25,127 nt of DNA from Octopus sinensis (lineage: Eukaryota), in contig NW_021836121.1 of assembly GCF_006345805.1 (NCBI RefSeq), positions 1 to 25,127 on the forward strand, written 5' to 3'. Numbering within the stretch: position 1 is the first letter of the stretch; every line of letters begins with the position of its first letter. Made by a program: the position numbers and the translations under genes. A model generated the notes under the pieces. The model did no database searches. It was not told where the DNA came from and saw nothing but the letters and a program-made list of their open reading frames with translations. Positions 1-11,312 of the stretch are shown here, one piece after another.

Positions 1-11
1 ATCTCATTCTT

Positions 12-75
12 TCATCCTACCCCTCTCTCTCGCTCTCTCTTTCTTTCCCTCTCTCGCTCTCTCTTTCTTTCCCCC

Positions 76-107
<32 letters not shown>

Positions 108-130
108 TTCACCTCTCTCTTTCTCTCTCA
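12..130. repeat. (CT)n-rich polypyrimidine microsatellite
   Basis: Direct reading; explains ORF 12..212 (ERER...). Confidence 0.95.
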
Positions 131-231
131 CTTTCACCATTGAAGCAGATTTGGATGCAATTGCGTTGTTTCTCAATGACATTCTTTTACCTTGATTGTT
201 CCATAATTTCACATCTTCACATCACTCTCTC

Positions 232-310
232 CATACATACATAAATACATACATACATACATACATATATACATACATAAACAAACAAACATATATACAA
301 ATATATATAT

Positions 311-344
<34 letters not shown>

Positions 345-596
345 AACACATGCATATACACATATATACATGTAAATATGCATGTATATATATATATATA
401 TATACATATATACATACACACATACACACACAACACATACACAGACACACACACACATACACATATATATATAAACATATACATATATATATATATATAT
501 GCATATATACATACACATACACTATATGCATATACATAAATACATGCATATATACATATATATATAAATACATATATATACATGTGTATGTATGCG

Positions 597-647
<51 letters not shown>

Positions 648-725
648 TGTGTATGTGTGTGTGAGTATGTATATGTATATATGTATGTATATATATGTAT
701 ATATATATATATATATATATACATA
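232..725. repeat. Compound (CATA)n/(TA)n/(CA)n/(TG)n microsatellite
   Basis: Direct reading; source of the [12 protein letters not shown] ORFs. Confidence 0.95.
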
Positions 726-889
726 TTCCTCTCTCTGTACTTCTCTCCCCCCCACACACACACACCTCTCTCACTCTTCCCTCACCTCTCCGTATCTTTC
801 GTTCTCTATCAAAATCTATCTGTCTATCTACCTATCTATCTGTACATCTGTCAGCCTGTCTGTCTGTTTGTCTATCTCTAGCCTTTCTG

Positions 890-2188
890 CCTCCTCATCC
901 TCCTCCTCATCCTCCCCTTCTCCTCCTCCTTACTCCTCCTCCTCACCCTCTTCCACCCCACCTCTATACCTCTACAACACCAATCTGTGACAAAGCTAAA
1001 TTCTATGCGATTTACCAGTGAATACAAAAGAAACCGTTGTCGTCTGCTAATGTATTTCTGGAATGATAGATTACCACCAGCGCAGTCAGCATCATCATCA
1101 GCATCCTCATCCTCCTCCTCATCGTCATCATCATCTTCATCATCAACATCACAGTCATCACCTCCACTACAACTACCTACCGACCTACCCACCCACCAGC
1201 CACTGCAACCAAAATCATCATCCTCGTCGTCGTCGTCGTCGTCGTCGTCGTAGTAGTAGTAGTAGTAGTAGTAGTAGTCTTCGTCGTCACCACCACCACC
1301 ACCACCACCATCGTCTTCGTGGTGGTGGTGGTGGTGGTGGTGGTCGTCGTCGTCGTCGTCATCATCATCATCGTCAGCATCAACACTACCAGAATCACCG
1401 CCGCCACAGCCACGCCACCACCACTGTTATCGTTTTCATCAACGTCAGCATTCATCTTCAGCATCATCTCCATCATCATCACATCATCAATCATCATCAT
1501 CAAAGACACCACAGTCATCCTTATCATCATCATCATCATCACATCGTCATGAACTTCGTCGTCGTCGTCGTCCTCACTCTCACCATCACCCTCCTCATCA
1601 TAATCGTCATCGTCGTCGTCGTCGTCGCCGTCATCATCATCGACATCATCATCATCGCCGTCATCATCATCATCATCATCATCACCACGATCATTATCTT
1701 TATCAACTTCATCATTGTCACCTTCATATTCCTTCTTCGCACCAACATCATCTTCATCATCACCACCACCACCACCACCACCCATCATCATCACCGTTGA
1801 GATCATCAACAAGATGAGTCTTCATCTTCGTCAACGCCATCATCATCATCACGATCGCCACCATCATTACGCCACTATCACCATCGCCACCATCAGCGTC
1901 ATCATTATCGTCACCGCCATCCCCATCACCGCCACCATCACCACCACCACCACCATCACCACCACCGCCCCATCATCATCATCATTATCCAAAACCGTCA
2001 TCCTCACTCATCGCCAACGTCATCATCGCCAGCACCACCGCCACCACTCTCCCCGCTATCACCATGTTACATACATCCAGCTTCATCAGCTTCATCGCCA
2101 TCGACATCAATACGAAACGCCATCGAGAGCTGTAACAACAGTTATAGCGGCTGCTGCAGCAGTTGGCTGTGTTGGTGATAACAACAGC

Positions 2189-2223
<35 letters not shown>

Positions 2224-2293
2224 CTGCAGCAGCATCAGCAGCAACAACAACAACAATAACTGCAGCCGTAGCAGCAACAGCAGCAGCAGCAGC
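890..2293. repeat. Mosaic trinucleotide low-complexity tract (CCT, CAT, CGT, AGT, CAC, GGT, CAA, CAG)
   Basis: Successive runs of related triplets; long ORFs here are homopolymeric in several frames and on both strands. Confidence 0.9.
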
Positions 2294-2596
2294 ATAAGAG
2301 CAGGTAGAGCTACGGCTTCATCTGCTGTATATAGAAATGAAACAAGAGGCGGATGTCAGAAACTGTTCAGTCAAACCGACGGTGAGAGAGAGGATGAATA
2401 TGGCGGAGTGCTGATGAACGATGAACTAATGAATTGGCATATGCACATTGTGGATAGAGAGAGAGAGCGCGCGCGTGCGAGCGAGCGAGCGAGCGAGCGA
2501 AAGAGAGAGGCAGATAACAAGATGGTGGAGAAGAAATAGGTGGAGGGGAAAATGGGCGGGAAGAAGATATTCGAGCGAACGAGTGAACGAACAAGC

Positions 2597-3155
2597 TGTC
2601 TGTGGAAGAGAGTGAGCCAACAGATTGTCTGTTGGAGGCAGACGATAAGAGAGAAATGGCGATTTGTAGAAGGCAGACGATAAGAATAAAATGGACCGTT
2701 CGAAGAAGGCAGCCGATAAGAGAGAAATGGACGATTTGTTGAAGGCAGGATTTGAGACAGAAATTAACAATTTGTGGAAGGCAGACAGATATTAAAAGAA
2801 CCATGGGCGGTTTGTGGAAAGCTGAAACAGAAATATGAATAAATAACGTCGCTATTTGTGGAGAACGGCTAGGTAGGTGTTTGTGGAAGACATGATGATG
2901 AGATGAATCAGCAGTTTGTGGAAGACTGTAAGAGAAAATAGGTTAACTACATGCCTAATTGTGGAAGATTATGAGAGGGGTGTACGTTGGAAATTTGTGG
3001 AAGATAATGAGAGGGGTGTACGTTGGAAATTTGTGGAAGATAGATATTTGGAAAGATTGGAAATTTAAGGAATACCATGAAAGAAATGCAGCTTATCAAT
3101 ATCTCTGTATGCGGAAGGTAATGCGAGAGAGACGAACTAAGAGTTGTGGAAGACA
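2597..3155. repeat. Degenerate ~36-bp minisatellite with conserved TTTGTGGAAG core
   Basis: GGCAG recurs at 2637, 2672, 2708, 2744, 2780; GTGGAAG at 2961, 2997, 3033 (period 36); further cores near 2811, 2855, 2880, 2914, 3143. Confidence 0.8.
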
Positions 3156-3729
3156 TACAACAAGAAGACCGTGAAGTACAGAATCCTGATAAAAGGAGAA
3201 TTCATCACTGTTTTGGACATTTTTTTCAAGAGAAGAGAGAAATTAAAACGATAAGAAGAATGAGCATTTTATCTAAGACTTCTAAGTGTTAAATATTTGC
3301 GAGATGAAGAGAGACTGTATGTGAGAAAGAGAGTGAGCGAGAGAAGAGAGAGGGAGATGAGTTAACCATTTGTAAAAGACAAGGCTGTCATCTTCACCAC
3401 GAGAGAGAAAGGTGTAGTTTTCAAAAGATCACGACAGGCATGTAATTGAAGACTGTGAAAGTAATGGCGAGACTGGTTTTCTTTGTTTCGCTCGATTATT
3501 TGTATTTGTTTTTGTTTTATTTTACATGGTTGGAGCCGGAACAATTAGATAAACGTGGAGAGCATTTTTGGAATGCAATGTGAGGAATAAACTAATTGTA
3601 GAAGGGAGTAACGAAACGTCAATTAATTAATTAATTGTGGAAGCAGACGAGAAGGAGATAGACAATGCGTAGTTCACAGTCTGAGATTAGTTGGCCATTA
3701 TGAAAAATGGCGTAGATGGACAAATTATT

Positions 3730-3733
<4 letters not shown>

Positions 3734-3776
<43 letters not shown>

Positions 3777-3792
3777 GAGAGAGAGTGAGAGA
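3734..3792. repeat. (GA)n microsatellite
   Basis: Direct reading. Confidence 0.95.
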
Positions 3793-4258
3793 AACAAAGA
3801 GCGGGGATTAACTGAGGTGTTTCGAAAGACATTACGGGAGAAAGAAAAGAAAAACAAAAAAGAAAATACGCAAAGAAAAGAGGAGAGAGAAGGTAAAAAA
3901 AAGAAAGAAAGAAAATCTATATCTGGACTTCGATAACAAACTCTCATTAACAATGTATTAACGGTGATATAAACGCAAAAGTGAAGTAGATCGAACATTC
4001 ATTCAGTCGAGAAGAACCATGATGGAGAGGGAACGAGAATTATAGCAGAGATATGGGCTGAGGAGAAGAGGGAGAACGTGATGGAACTTTCACCTATCAC
4101 CCTTAATTTGAATAAACAGTTTGTTCATGGTAAAGTTAGTGGTAACATATTTAATGCGATTTGTGCATTTAAAAGACTTTTTATTTACTGACAAAGTTCG
4201 TATTAACGTATTTAAAACAACGGGTCATTTATAAGGCTGACTTGAAATCAATGTGAGG

Positions 4259-4425
<167 letters not shown>

Positions 4426-4487
4426 CGTTTGTGTTAGCATATTTAAATAAAGGAGCGTTAAATAGCTAACTAGAAATAATTATGCGA

Positions 4488-4648
4488 TGGTCCTTACGTT
4501 CTGAGTTCAAATCCCGCCGAAGTCCACTTTGCCTTTCATCCTTTCGGGGTCGATAAAATAGAGTACCAACTGAACGCTGAGGTAGATGCATTCGGTTTAT
4601 CCCCTTCCCTGAAATTGCTGGCCCTGGGTGAAAATTTGAAACTAATAT
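4488..4648 (+). mobile_element. SINE family A, 5'-truncated diverged copy
   Basis: ACGTTCTGAGTTCAAATCCCGCCGAAGTCCACTTTGCCTTTCATCCTTTCGGGGTCGAT matches copies at 8310 and 5486 (rc); B-box-like GAGTTCAAATCC. Confidence 0.85.
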
Positions 4649-4677
4649 CAATTTCATTTTTTCTTTTTTAAAAAAGC

Positions 4678-4822
4678 CAAGCTTGGCAGAATCGTTTGCA
4701 AGCTGGGGCAAAATGCTTAGCGCCATTTCATGCGTCCGTACGTCCTGAGTTCAAATTCAGTGTAACCGCCTTTACACCCTGCCCCGAACTTGCTGGCCCT
4801 GAGCCAAAATCTGAAACCAATA
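4678..4822 (+). mobile_element. SINE family A, internally deleted diverged copy
   Basis: Head (TGGCAGAATCGTT...AAAATGCTTAGCG...CTGAGTTCAAATTC) joined to a tail like 4600-4648. Confidence 0.75.
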
Positions 4823-5388
4823 TTAATTTCATTGTTCGTAAGTACGGGGGAAGAAATCTGAGCGTGTTTTTCTGTTATTCTGACCACATTAGCGAAACAT
4901 AGCCTATTCTTTATTTGCGGAATTAAATATGGATGGCTCACGAAGCGCAAGATTGTACATTTGTTGGTAAATTTGTGAACGAAAACAGGATGGGTTGGGA
5001 ATATTCCCAGCTTGTCAACAGTCTGAAAGCTTACTGAAGCGTGGCGTTGCAATTTCCATATTGACCAACGTGTATTTATTTAGTTATATACTCAATTTAA
5101 GTGTCCGTTTGAAGCCAGAAAAGCATGACAGACTTCAAAGGAGTATCTAATAGCCATCGTCTATATGAAAAAAAAATGAAAAAAAAAAGAAGGAAAGGAA
5201 GGAAGAGGGAAGGGAAAAAAAGAAGGAAAGAAAGAAAAGAGGGTGAAGACAAAGAATAGCTAAATGTTTTTGGTTGTAAATAAATCTATTTTTAGCCTCT
5301 GTGAATTGAAAGATCTTTTGGCCAGCAGATCATTCAGGACAAATTCTACCGTCAGGCCTTGATAACGTTTTGAAAACCAATTCCACAA

Positions 5389-5430
<42 letters not shown>

Positions 5431-5485
5431 CTGAGGCTATTCTTTCATTCATTCTTATACTCTCAACACAAACCGTAGAGATGCC

Positions 5486-5710
5486 TATTTCTTTACTACC
5501 CACAAGGGGCTAAACACAGAGGGGACAAACAAGGACAGACAAACGGATTAAGTCGATTATATCGACCCCAGTGTGTAACTGGTTCTTAATTTATCGACCC
5601 CGAAAGGATGAAAGGCAAAGTCGACCTCGGCGGAATTTGAACTCAGAACGTAACGGCAGACAAAATACGGCTACGCATTTCGCCCGGCGTGCTAACGTTT
5701 CTGCCAGCTC
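5486..5710 (-). mobile_element. SINE family A (tRNA-derived head), near full length
   Basis: Reverse complement closely matches 8310-8543 along its whole length. Confidence 0.92.
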
Positions 5711-5888
5711 ATGCCGTCGTCGAATACGGCGTGTCTCAGACATTTTTAAACTTGGCAGAGCCCATCCCTGTACAGGTCGAATAACAGCCGATTTCTTCCC
5801 GAGATAGTAAAGATAAGAGAGAGAGAGGAAAAGGAGAAGCCAATCCCGCAGTATTGGACTAGTATAGTCTCTTGCACAGACATGATCT

Positions 5889-6339
5889 TGTAGTTAGTTA
5901 ATAAATTTACATATGCTGAAGGTGGGTTGATCCAAATTATGACCAGTTTATATCAGTCATCGTATTATAAAGAGTATTCACCTTCCGTGAGTTCCTAAGT
6001 ATTCACTTGCCGTCGGCATCACTCGCGTCCGAACTTCGGTTATCTGGTGCCTCCGTGATGCTTAAACCTGACATGGAACAGTCTCAGGCTTTGATCGCAT
6101 GGTCTTGGTTGGAGCTGCCGAGCCTTGCGTTGCATTCTTTTTGCTTCTTCTTCAGTCTTTAACACGATCGTTAATTTTAATACAATGGCCTAAAGTCAAG
6201 GTACAAAGCAGAAAACTTCACACACCTATGACCTACGTCCACACGAAACGACTGTTGCAACGGAACTGGAGAGAAGTTCACACACCCGTTCTCTTTATAG
6301 TCAATGCGGAACCTTAAGATATTACTTAATTCTACTACA
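5889..6339. mobile_element. Candidate solo LTR or LTR remnant
   Basis: 451-bp complex segment bounded by TGTAGT...ACTACA inverted termini; no TSD seen and no second copy in the window. Confidence 0.3.
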
Positions 6340-6619
6340 ACTTGGTATACAACCTTTTAAGAGTACTATAGTTAATGTGCTGCGTTCTACTATGTAGAAA
6401 TCTGTATTTGTTACGATTTATAATCCATGAAATACAAAACTCAGCCAAAAATAGCAATTTTTGAAAATTTCAATTGCGTTGCGGAGCCTGAAAAAATATT
6501 TAACCACAAAGTTTTTTATAACCTTTTCTTCTAACCCTAATTTACAACAAAATATTGGGTCTTAGTTACCAATTTCGAAAGTTACATTTTTCACTCCACC
6601 CTAAAACCTATGCCATAAC

Positions 6620-7065
6620 ACACATGCATACATACATACATACATACATACATACATACATACATACATACATACATACATACATACACAGCTGAGATTG
6701 AAATAGGCTGAACCATTTTCTGGAAAAAGTCAATGAAAAGACTAATAGTATCTTTCGTACATACATACATACATACACACATACATAGATACATACACAC
6801 ACATTAATACATACATACATACATACATACAATACATACATAATACATACATAATAATACATACATACTAATACATACATACATACACAACACACATACA
6901 TACATACATACATACATACATACACATACATACATACATAACACACATACATACATACATACACATACATACATACATACATACATACATACATACACAT
7001 ACATACATACATACATACACATACATACATACATACATACATACATACATACATACATACATACA

Positions 7066-7096
<31 letters not shown>

Positions 7097-7111
7097 GTAC
7101 ATACACACACA
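6620..7111. repeat. (CATA)n microsatellite interrupted by a duplicated ~71-bp unique segment (6687-6757)
   Basis: Direct reading; 6687-6757 is a near copy of 7112-7184. Confidence 0.92.
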
Positions 7112-7132
7112 CACAGCTGAGATTGAAATAGG

Positions 7133-8066
7133 CTGAACCATTTTCTGTAAACAGTCAATGAAAAGACTCTAATAGTATCTTTCGATGTGTAGTGAAGGCG
7201 CATGGCTTAGTGGTTAGGGCATTCAGCTGACGATTGTAAGGTCGCGAGTTCGATTCCCGGCGATGCGTTGTGTCCTTGAGCAAGACACTTTATTTCACGT
7301 TGCTCCAGTCCACTCAGCTGGCAAAAATAAGTTGTACCTGTATTTCAAAGGGCCGGCCTTGTCACACCCTGTGTCACGCTGAATCTCCCTGAGAACTACG
7401 TTAAGGGTACTCGTGTCTGTGGATTGCTCAGTCACTTGCACGTTAATTCCACGAGCAAGCTGTTCCATTGATCGTATCAGCTGGGACCCTCGTCGTCGTA
7501 ACCGACGGAGTGCTCCTATATATATATCTTTCGATGTAGTAACTCATTTATTCAAACATCCCTCGCGATTCAGGAATGAAGCCATTAAATTCTGATTTGG
7601 ATAATTACACGGATGAACCTCCTCAAACGTAATAACAAAAATAATTCATGATAGAAGGACTAAGATTTATTCTAGACGATAACTACTTTATGTTCAATGA
7701 CAACCTTTTCCGTCAAAAAAAAATCTGGGACTGCGATGGGAACGAAAACAGACCCTTCCTTTTCAAATCTACTTATGGGCTATCTAGAACTTACAATTTG
7801 CCAAAATTCGCTGCGAAAATATGGACGCCCTTTCTTCAAATATACAAAAGAAAACGGGAAAGGATACCTCGACAATTGCTTCATTCTATAGAGAATTCTA
7901 TAAAGGAATTTGAAACATTCCTCGATGGAATTAATAAAAATATAGAATTCGCCATAGAATATAGCCATAAGCAATTCTCAATTTTTGGCATTCTAATAAA
8001 GAAAATCAATAACCAAATTGAGACAAACATATACCTACAGATTCTAAACAATATCTTCCACTTAGT
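7133..8066 (+). pseudogene. Decayed Penelope-like element reverse transcriptase fragment (GTAMG type), split by a SINE
   Basis: Peptides LNHFL*TVNEKTLIVSFDV | EAIKF...EGLRFILDDNYFMFND...RQKK-SGTAMGTKTDPSFSNLLMGYLE...YLDNCFIL...IETNIY..TDSKQYL follow PLE RT motif order; several frameshifts and stops. Confidence 0.85.
7194..7524 (+). mobile_element. SINE family C (tRNA-derived) with TSD
   Basis: A-box TGGCTTAGTGG, B-box GAGTTCGATTCC, (TA)n tail; TSD TATCTTTCGATGT(GT)AGT at 7176-7193 and 7525-7540; body similar to 10490-10610. Confidence 0.92.
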
Positions 8067-8094
8067 AAGTAGTAGAAAATCCCCAGCTGGCGAC

Positions 8095-8275
8095 TGGAGG
8101 GGGAGGATGACCTCACAACCAATACGCTGCTGTCAGTGCCGCTGGATGACTGACTCTGGTGATGATGTTATTCCACGCTTTCCGATCCATGGCGCTAGAT
8201 TTAGCATGCTTGAGGTCGAGGCGCTCCGACTCTAGGTCCTCCTCAATTTGTTTTGCTCCAACTTATGCTCGGTAT
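8095..8275 (-). mobile_element. RTE-clade LINE 3' end remnant
   Basis: Minus strand reads SW..QIEEDLESERLDLKHAKSSAMDRKAWNNII, matching the RTE ORF C-terminal W...I..DL...A.DR..W pattern. Confidence 0.6.
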
Positions 8276-8285
8276 CATTCATATA

Positions 8286-8953
8286 CAGGCGCTGGAGGGG
8301 CTGTGTGGTAAGGCGGCGAGCTGGCAGAAACGTTAGCACGCCAGGCGAAATGCTTAGCAGTATTTTGTCTGCCGGTACGTTCTGAGTTCAAATTCCACCG
8401 AGGTCGACTTTGCCTTTCATCCTTTCGGGGTCGATTAAGTAAGTACCAGTTGCGTACTGGGGTCGATGTAATCAACTTAATCCGTTTGTCTGTCCTTGTT
8501 TGTCCCCTCGGTGTGTAGCCCCTTGTGAGCAGTAAAGAAACAAGAAGCTTGCTTCCCAACTACATGGTTCCGGGTTCAGTACCACTGCGAGGCACCTTGG
8601 GCTAAAGTCTGCTACCATAGCCTCGGACCGACCAAAGCCTTGTGTGTTAATTTGATAGCTGGAAACTGAAAGAATCCCGTCGAATATGTGTGTATGCGTG
8701 TTTATTTGTGGTGGGGGTGTCTTTGTGTATTGTGTTTGTCCCCATTACCACCTGACAACTGGTGTGGGTGTGTTTACGTCCCCATAACTTAGCGGTTCGG
8801 CAAAAGAGACCGATAGAATAAGTACTAGGCTTACAAAGAATAAGTCCTAGAGTCGACTTGTTCGTCTAAAAATAAAATCCTTCAAGGCAGCGCTCCAGCG
8901 TGGAAGCAGTCAAATGGCTGAAATCAATGAAAGAATAAAAGAATAAAAGAATA
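8286..8953 (+). mobile_element. SINE family B, full length, interrupted near 8312 by a family A SINE
   Basis: 8286-8312 plus 8545-8953 together match 18731-19121; (AAGAATAA)n tail. Confidence 0.9.
8310..8543 (+). mobile_element. SINE family A, full length, nested in family B
   Basis: AAGGCGGCGAGCTGGCAGAAACGTTAGC...GAGTTCAAATTCC...AGTAAAGAAA; matches 5486-5710 rc and 23102-23333. Confidence 0.93.
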
Positions 8954-9334
8954 TAATCTACTGAACGATGGCTGTATGACATGATAAAAATGAAGGCCAT
9001 TGTTTATAAATTGAGTTTATCATTTCATGGCCATCAAAGTCCGATTCTCTAAGCAATACCTTTTGATTTAGATTTAACTTCTTGTAACCGTTCCATCCTA
9101 TCAGTTAATCATCTCTTTTTTCATTTAAACTCACAGTGGTATCTGCAGTTACATCCTGATCATTGCATGGCAGTTTATCTTTCATTCCAAACCATTTTAC
9201 TACTGATGCCAATCTTCAAAAGCGCTTGCAAGCCATATGTTCAGATAAAGCATTCCATGTGACTTTAGACCAGATGGCAACAGAAACAAAAAGCGATGTT
9301 GTTGAGATTACTTCATGCAATTTGTATTTTTCTC

Positions 9335-9387
<53 letters not shown>

Positions 9388-9707
9388 TCTCTTTCTGTCT
9401 ATCTATCTGTCAATCTATCTATCTATCTATCTACCTATCTATCTCTGTTTCTGTTTCATTCACTGCTTTCACATTAGTGTTAGAGTTTCTGTTTGGTGGA
9501 TAGCATTTCCCGCAGATATCCAATAAGGAAAAGCAAGAGCCGATACAGCTTTGCACCATTGCCGTCAGAAAGCAAAGAGCTGGATCAGAAACGCGGTACA
9601 CCCCGTCCAATACTTTATCAAATTCACTGTTCCACTGCCCTTAACTAGTCCTATACCTAACCTTATACATACATATATACATACTTCAATATACATACAT
9701 ATATATA

Positions 9708-9897
9708 GATCGTTAGCCAATACACACATTTTTTCTCTCCTTCTTTCTCTCCTTGTTTTTTCTGTGTACCTTTCTGTAGAAGAGCGTAGGCTCGAAACGT
9801 AAAAGACTTTTTCTATTCCTGGGCGTTATACTAATACATCTGTTTGTTTTGTACACCACCTGTCTTCGTCTTTTGTTTTTATCGTGAACTTTCCCAA
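9708..9897 (+). mobile_element. Probable PLE terminal-repeat (pLTR) fragment between (TA)n tracts
   Basis: T-rich non-coding piece flanked by TA runs and containing a hammerhead-shaped motif; PLE assignment is inferred. Confidence 0.5.
9770..9805 (+). ncRNA. Hammerhead-ribozyme-like motif, type I, atypical core
   Basis: CTTT-CTGTAGAA-GAGC(GTAG)GCTC-GAAA-CG-TA-AAAG: stem I 4 bp, stem II 4 bp, palindromic ACGT stem III, GUA site; core departs from CUGANGA. Confidence 0.45.
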
Positions 9898-9958
9898 TAT
9901 ATATATATATGTAGAAGTTTGAAAAGGAACACACGAGTTGATATATATATATATATAT

Positions 9959-10128
9959 GGTAACGTAGATGTGACTGTGTGATAAGTAGCTTGCTTACCA
10001 ATCACATGGTTCCGGGTTCAGTCTCACTGTGAGGCACCTTGGGCAAGTGTCTTCTACGACAGCTTCGACCCGACCAAAGGCTTGTGAGTGCATTTGGTAG
10101 ACGGAAACTGAAAGAAGCCTGTCGTATA
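9959..10128 (+). mobile_element. SINE family B 5' half (second short head at ~10209-10260)
   Basis: Matches 18731-18880. Confidence 0.85.
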
Positions 10129-10147
10129 TATGTGTATGTATATGTGT

Positions 10148-10179
<32 letters not shown>

Positions 10180-10330
10180 CATGTATGAGTATGCATGTAT
10201 ATATCTATGACTGTGTAGTAAGAAGCTTTTTTTCCCAACCACATGGCTCCGGCATTCAAACCATTAATTTTACTTCCTTCAGAGAGGAATTTAGCCTCAG
10301 TGTTGATATCATTGAATCTATCTATGTTAG

Positions 10331-10819
10331 TGGGGGCGCAATGGCCCAGTGGTTAGAGCAGCGGGCTTGCGGTCGTAGGATCGCGGTTTCGATTCCCAGA
10401 TCGGGCATTGTGAGTGTTTATTGAACGAAAACACCTGGTGAACCCTGCTGTACTCTTTCACCACAACTTTCTCTCACTCTTACTTCCTGTTTCTGTTGTA
10501 CCTGTATTTCAAAGGGACCAGCCTTGTCACACTCTGTGTTACGCTGATTCTCCCCGAGAACTACGTTAAGGTTACACGTGTATGTGGAGTGCTCAGTCAC
10601 TTGTACGTTAATAAATGAGTTGCGACGTCACAGGTGCCAAGCTGTATCAGCCTTTACCTTTCCCTTGGACAACACTGGTGGCGTTGAGAAGGGAGGCTGG
10701 TATGCGTGGGCGACTGCTGGTCTTCCATACACAACCTTGCCCAGACTTTTGCCTCGGAGGGTGGCTTTCTAGGTGCAATCCCATGGTCATTCATGACCGA
10801 AGGAGGTCACACACACACT
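10331..10819 (+). mobile_element. tRNA-derived SINE (family C-related body) with TSD
   Basis: A-box TGGCCCAGTGG, B-box GGTTTCGATTCC, (CA)n tail; 12-bp TSD TATCTATGTTAG at 10319-10330 and 10820-10831. Confidence 0.93.
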
Positions 10820-11312
10820 TATCTATGTTAGCTTTCCTTCATTTAATAGAAATGGTGTTGTATAGCAATTTATCATATAAATTCTTATTAAATGTATACA
10901 GGTTATTAGTCTTATCAGAAAATGCAAAATTGTTTTTAGAACTTCTAAAATTTCTAATATCAGATTTTAGTTAAGCTTGCAAATGGTTACAGTACTTACG
11001 GAATCTTATATTAGTTACCAAATCAAGGAGGTCTGCCTCAAAAGAAGCTAAATATCTTATCTTAAATCCCAACCTTCCGTGAAAGTAGATGTTAGCGTCG
11101 CATCAAAAAATAAAACCTTCAATCTCATCTGTCTCACGAAGACTTCAACTTCCTCTAGAAGCATCCTAAGATAAATGTTATTCGTTGGTGTAAGTAAAAT
11201 TTTTATGAAGCATCCCGTATGATATAAATCCATAATAGTGTGTATAAATTTGCGGTAGAACCCCACGCATTTGGAGGTATATAGTTTATAGATCTAATAC
11301 TGGTAGACTCAG

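Noticed and set aside
209-990. [12 protein letters not shown] ORFs here and at 6591-7203, 15904-16335, 17011-17451, 20128-20495, 24372-25071
   Set aside because: Translations of di- and tetranucleotide microsatellites.
1063-2539. Long ORFs of 245, 211 and 274 aa (His/Ile/Asp/Asn-rich)
   Set aside because: Stop-free because they translate triplet repeats; overlapping frames on both strands are equally open and no domain is recognisable.
2597-3155. CRISPR-like repeat-spacer appearance
   Set aside because: Core is only ~10 bp and variable, neighbouring spacers are homologous, no cas genes, eukaryotic context.
6034-6047. 14-nt match CTTCGGTTATCTGG to 13039-13052
   Set aside because: No flanking similarity and no GAAA/stem III partner; treated as chance.
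7194-7265. tRNA-like heads (also 10331, 11313, 18731)
   Set aside because: They continue into SINE bodies with tails and, in three cases, TSDs; not independent tRNA genes.
7648-8235. 195-aa ORF as a gene
   Set aside because: Chance read-through of a frameshifted PLE RT into the antisense of an RTE remnant.
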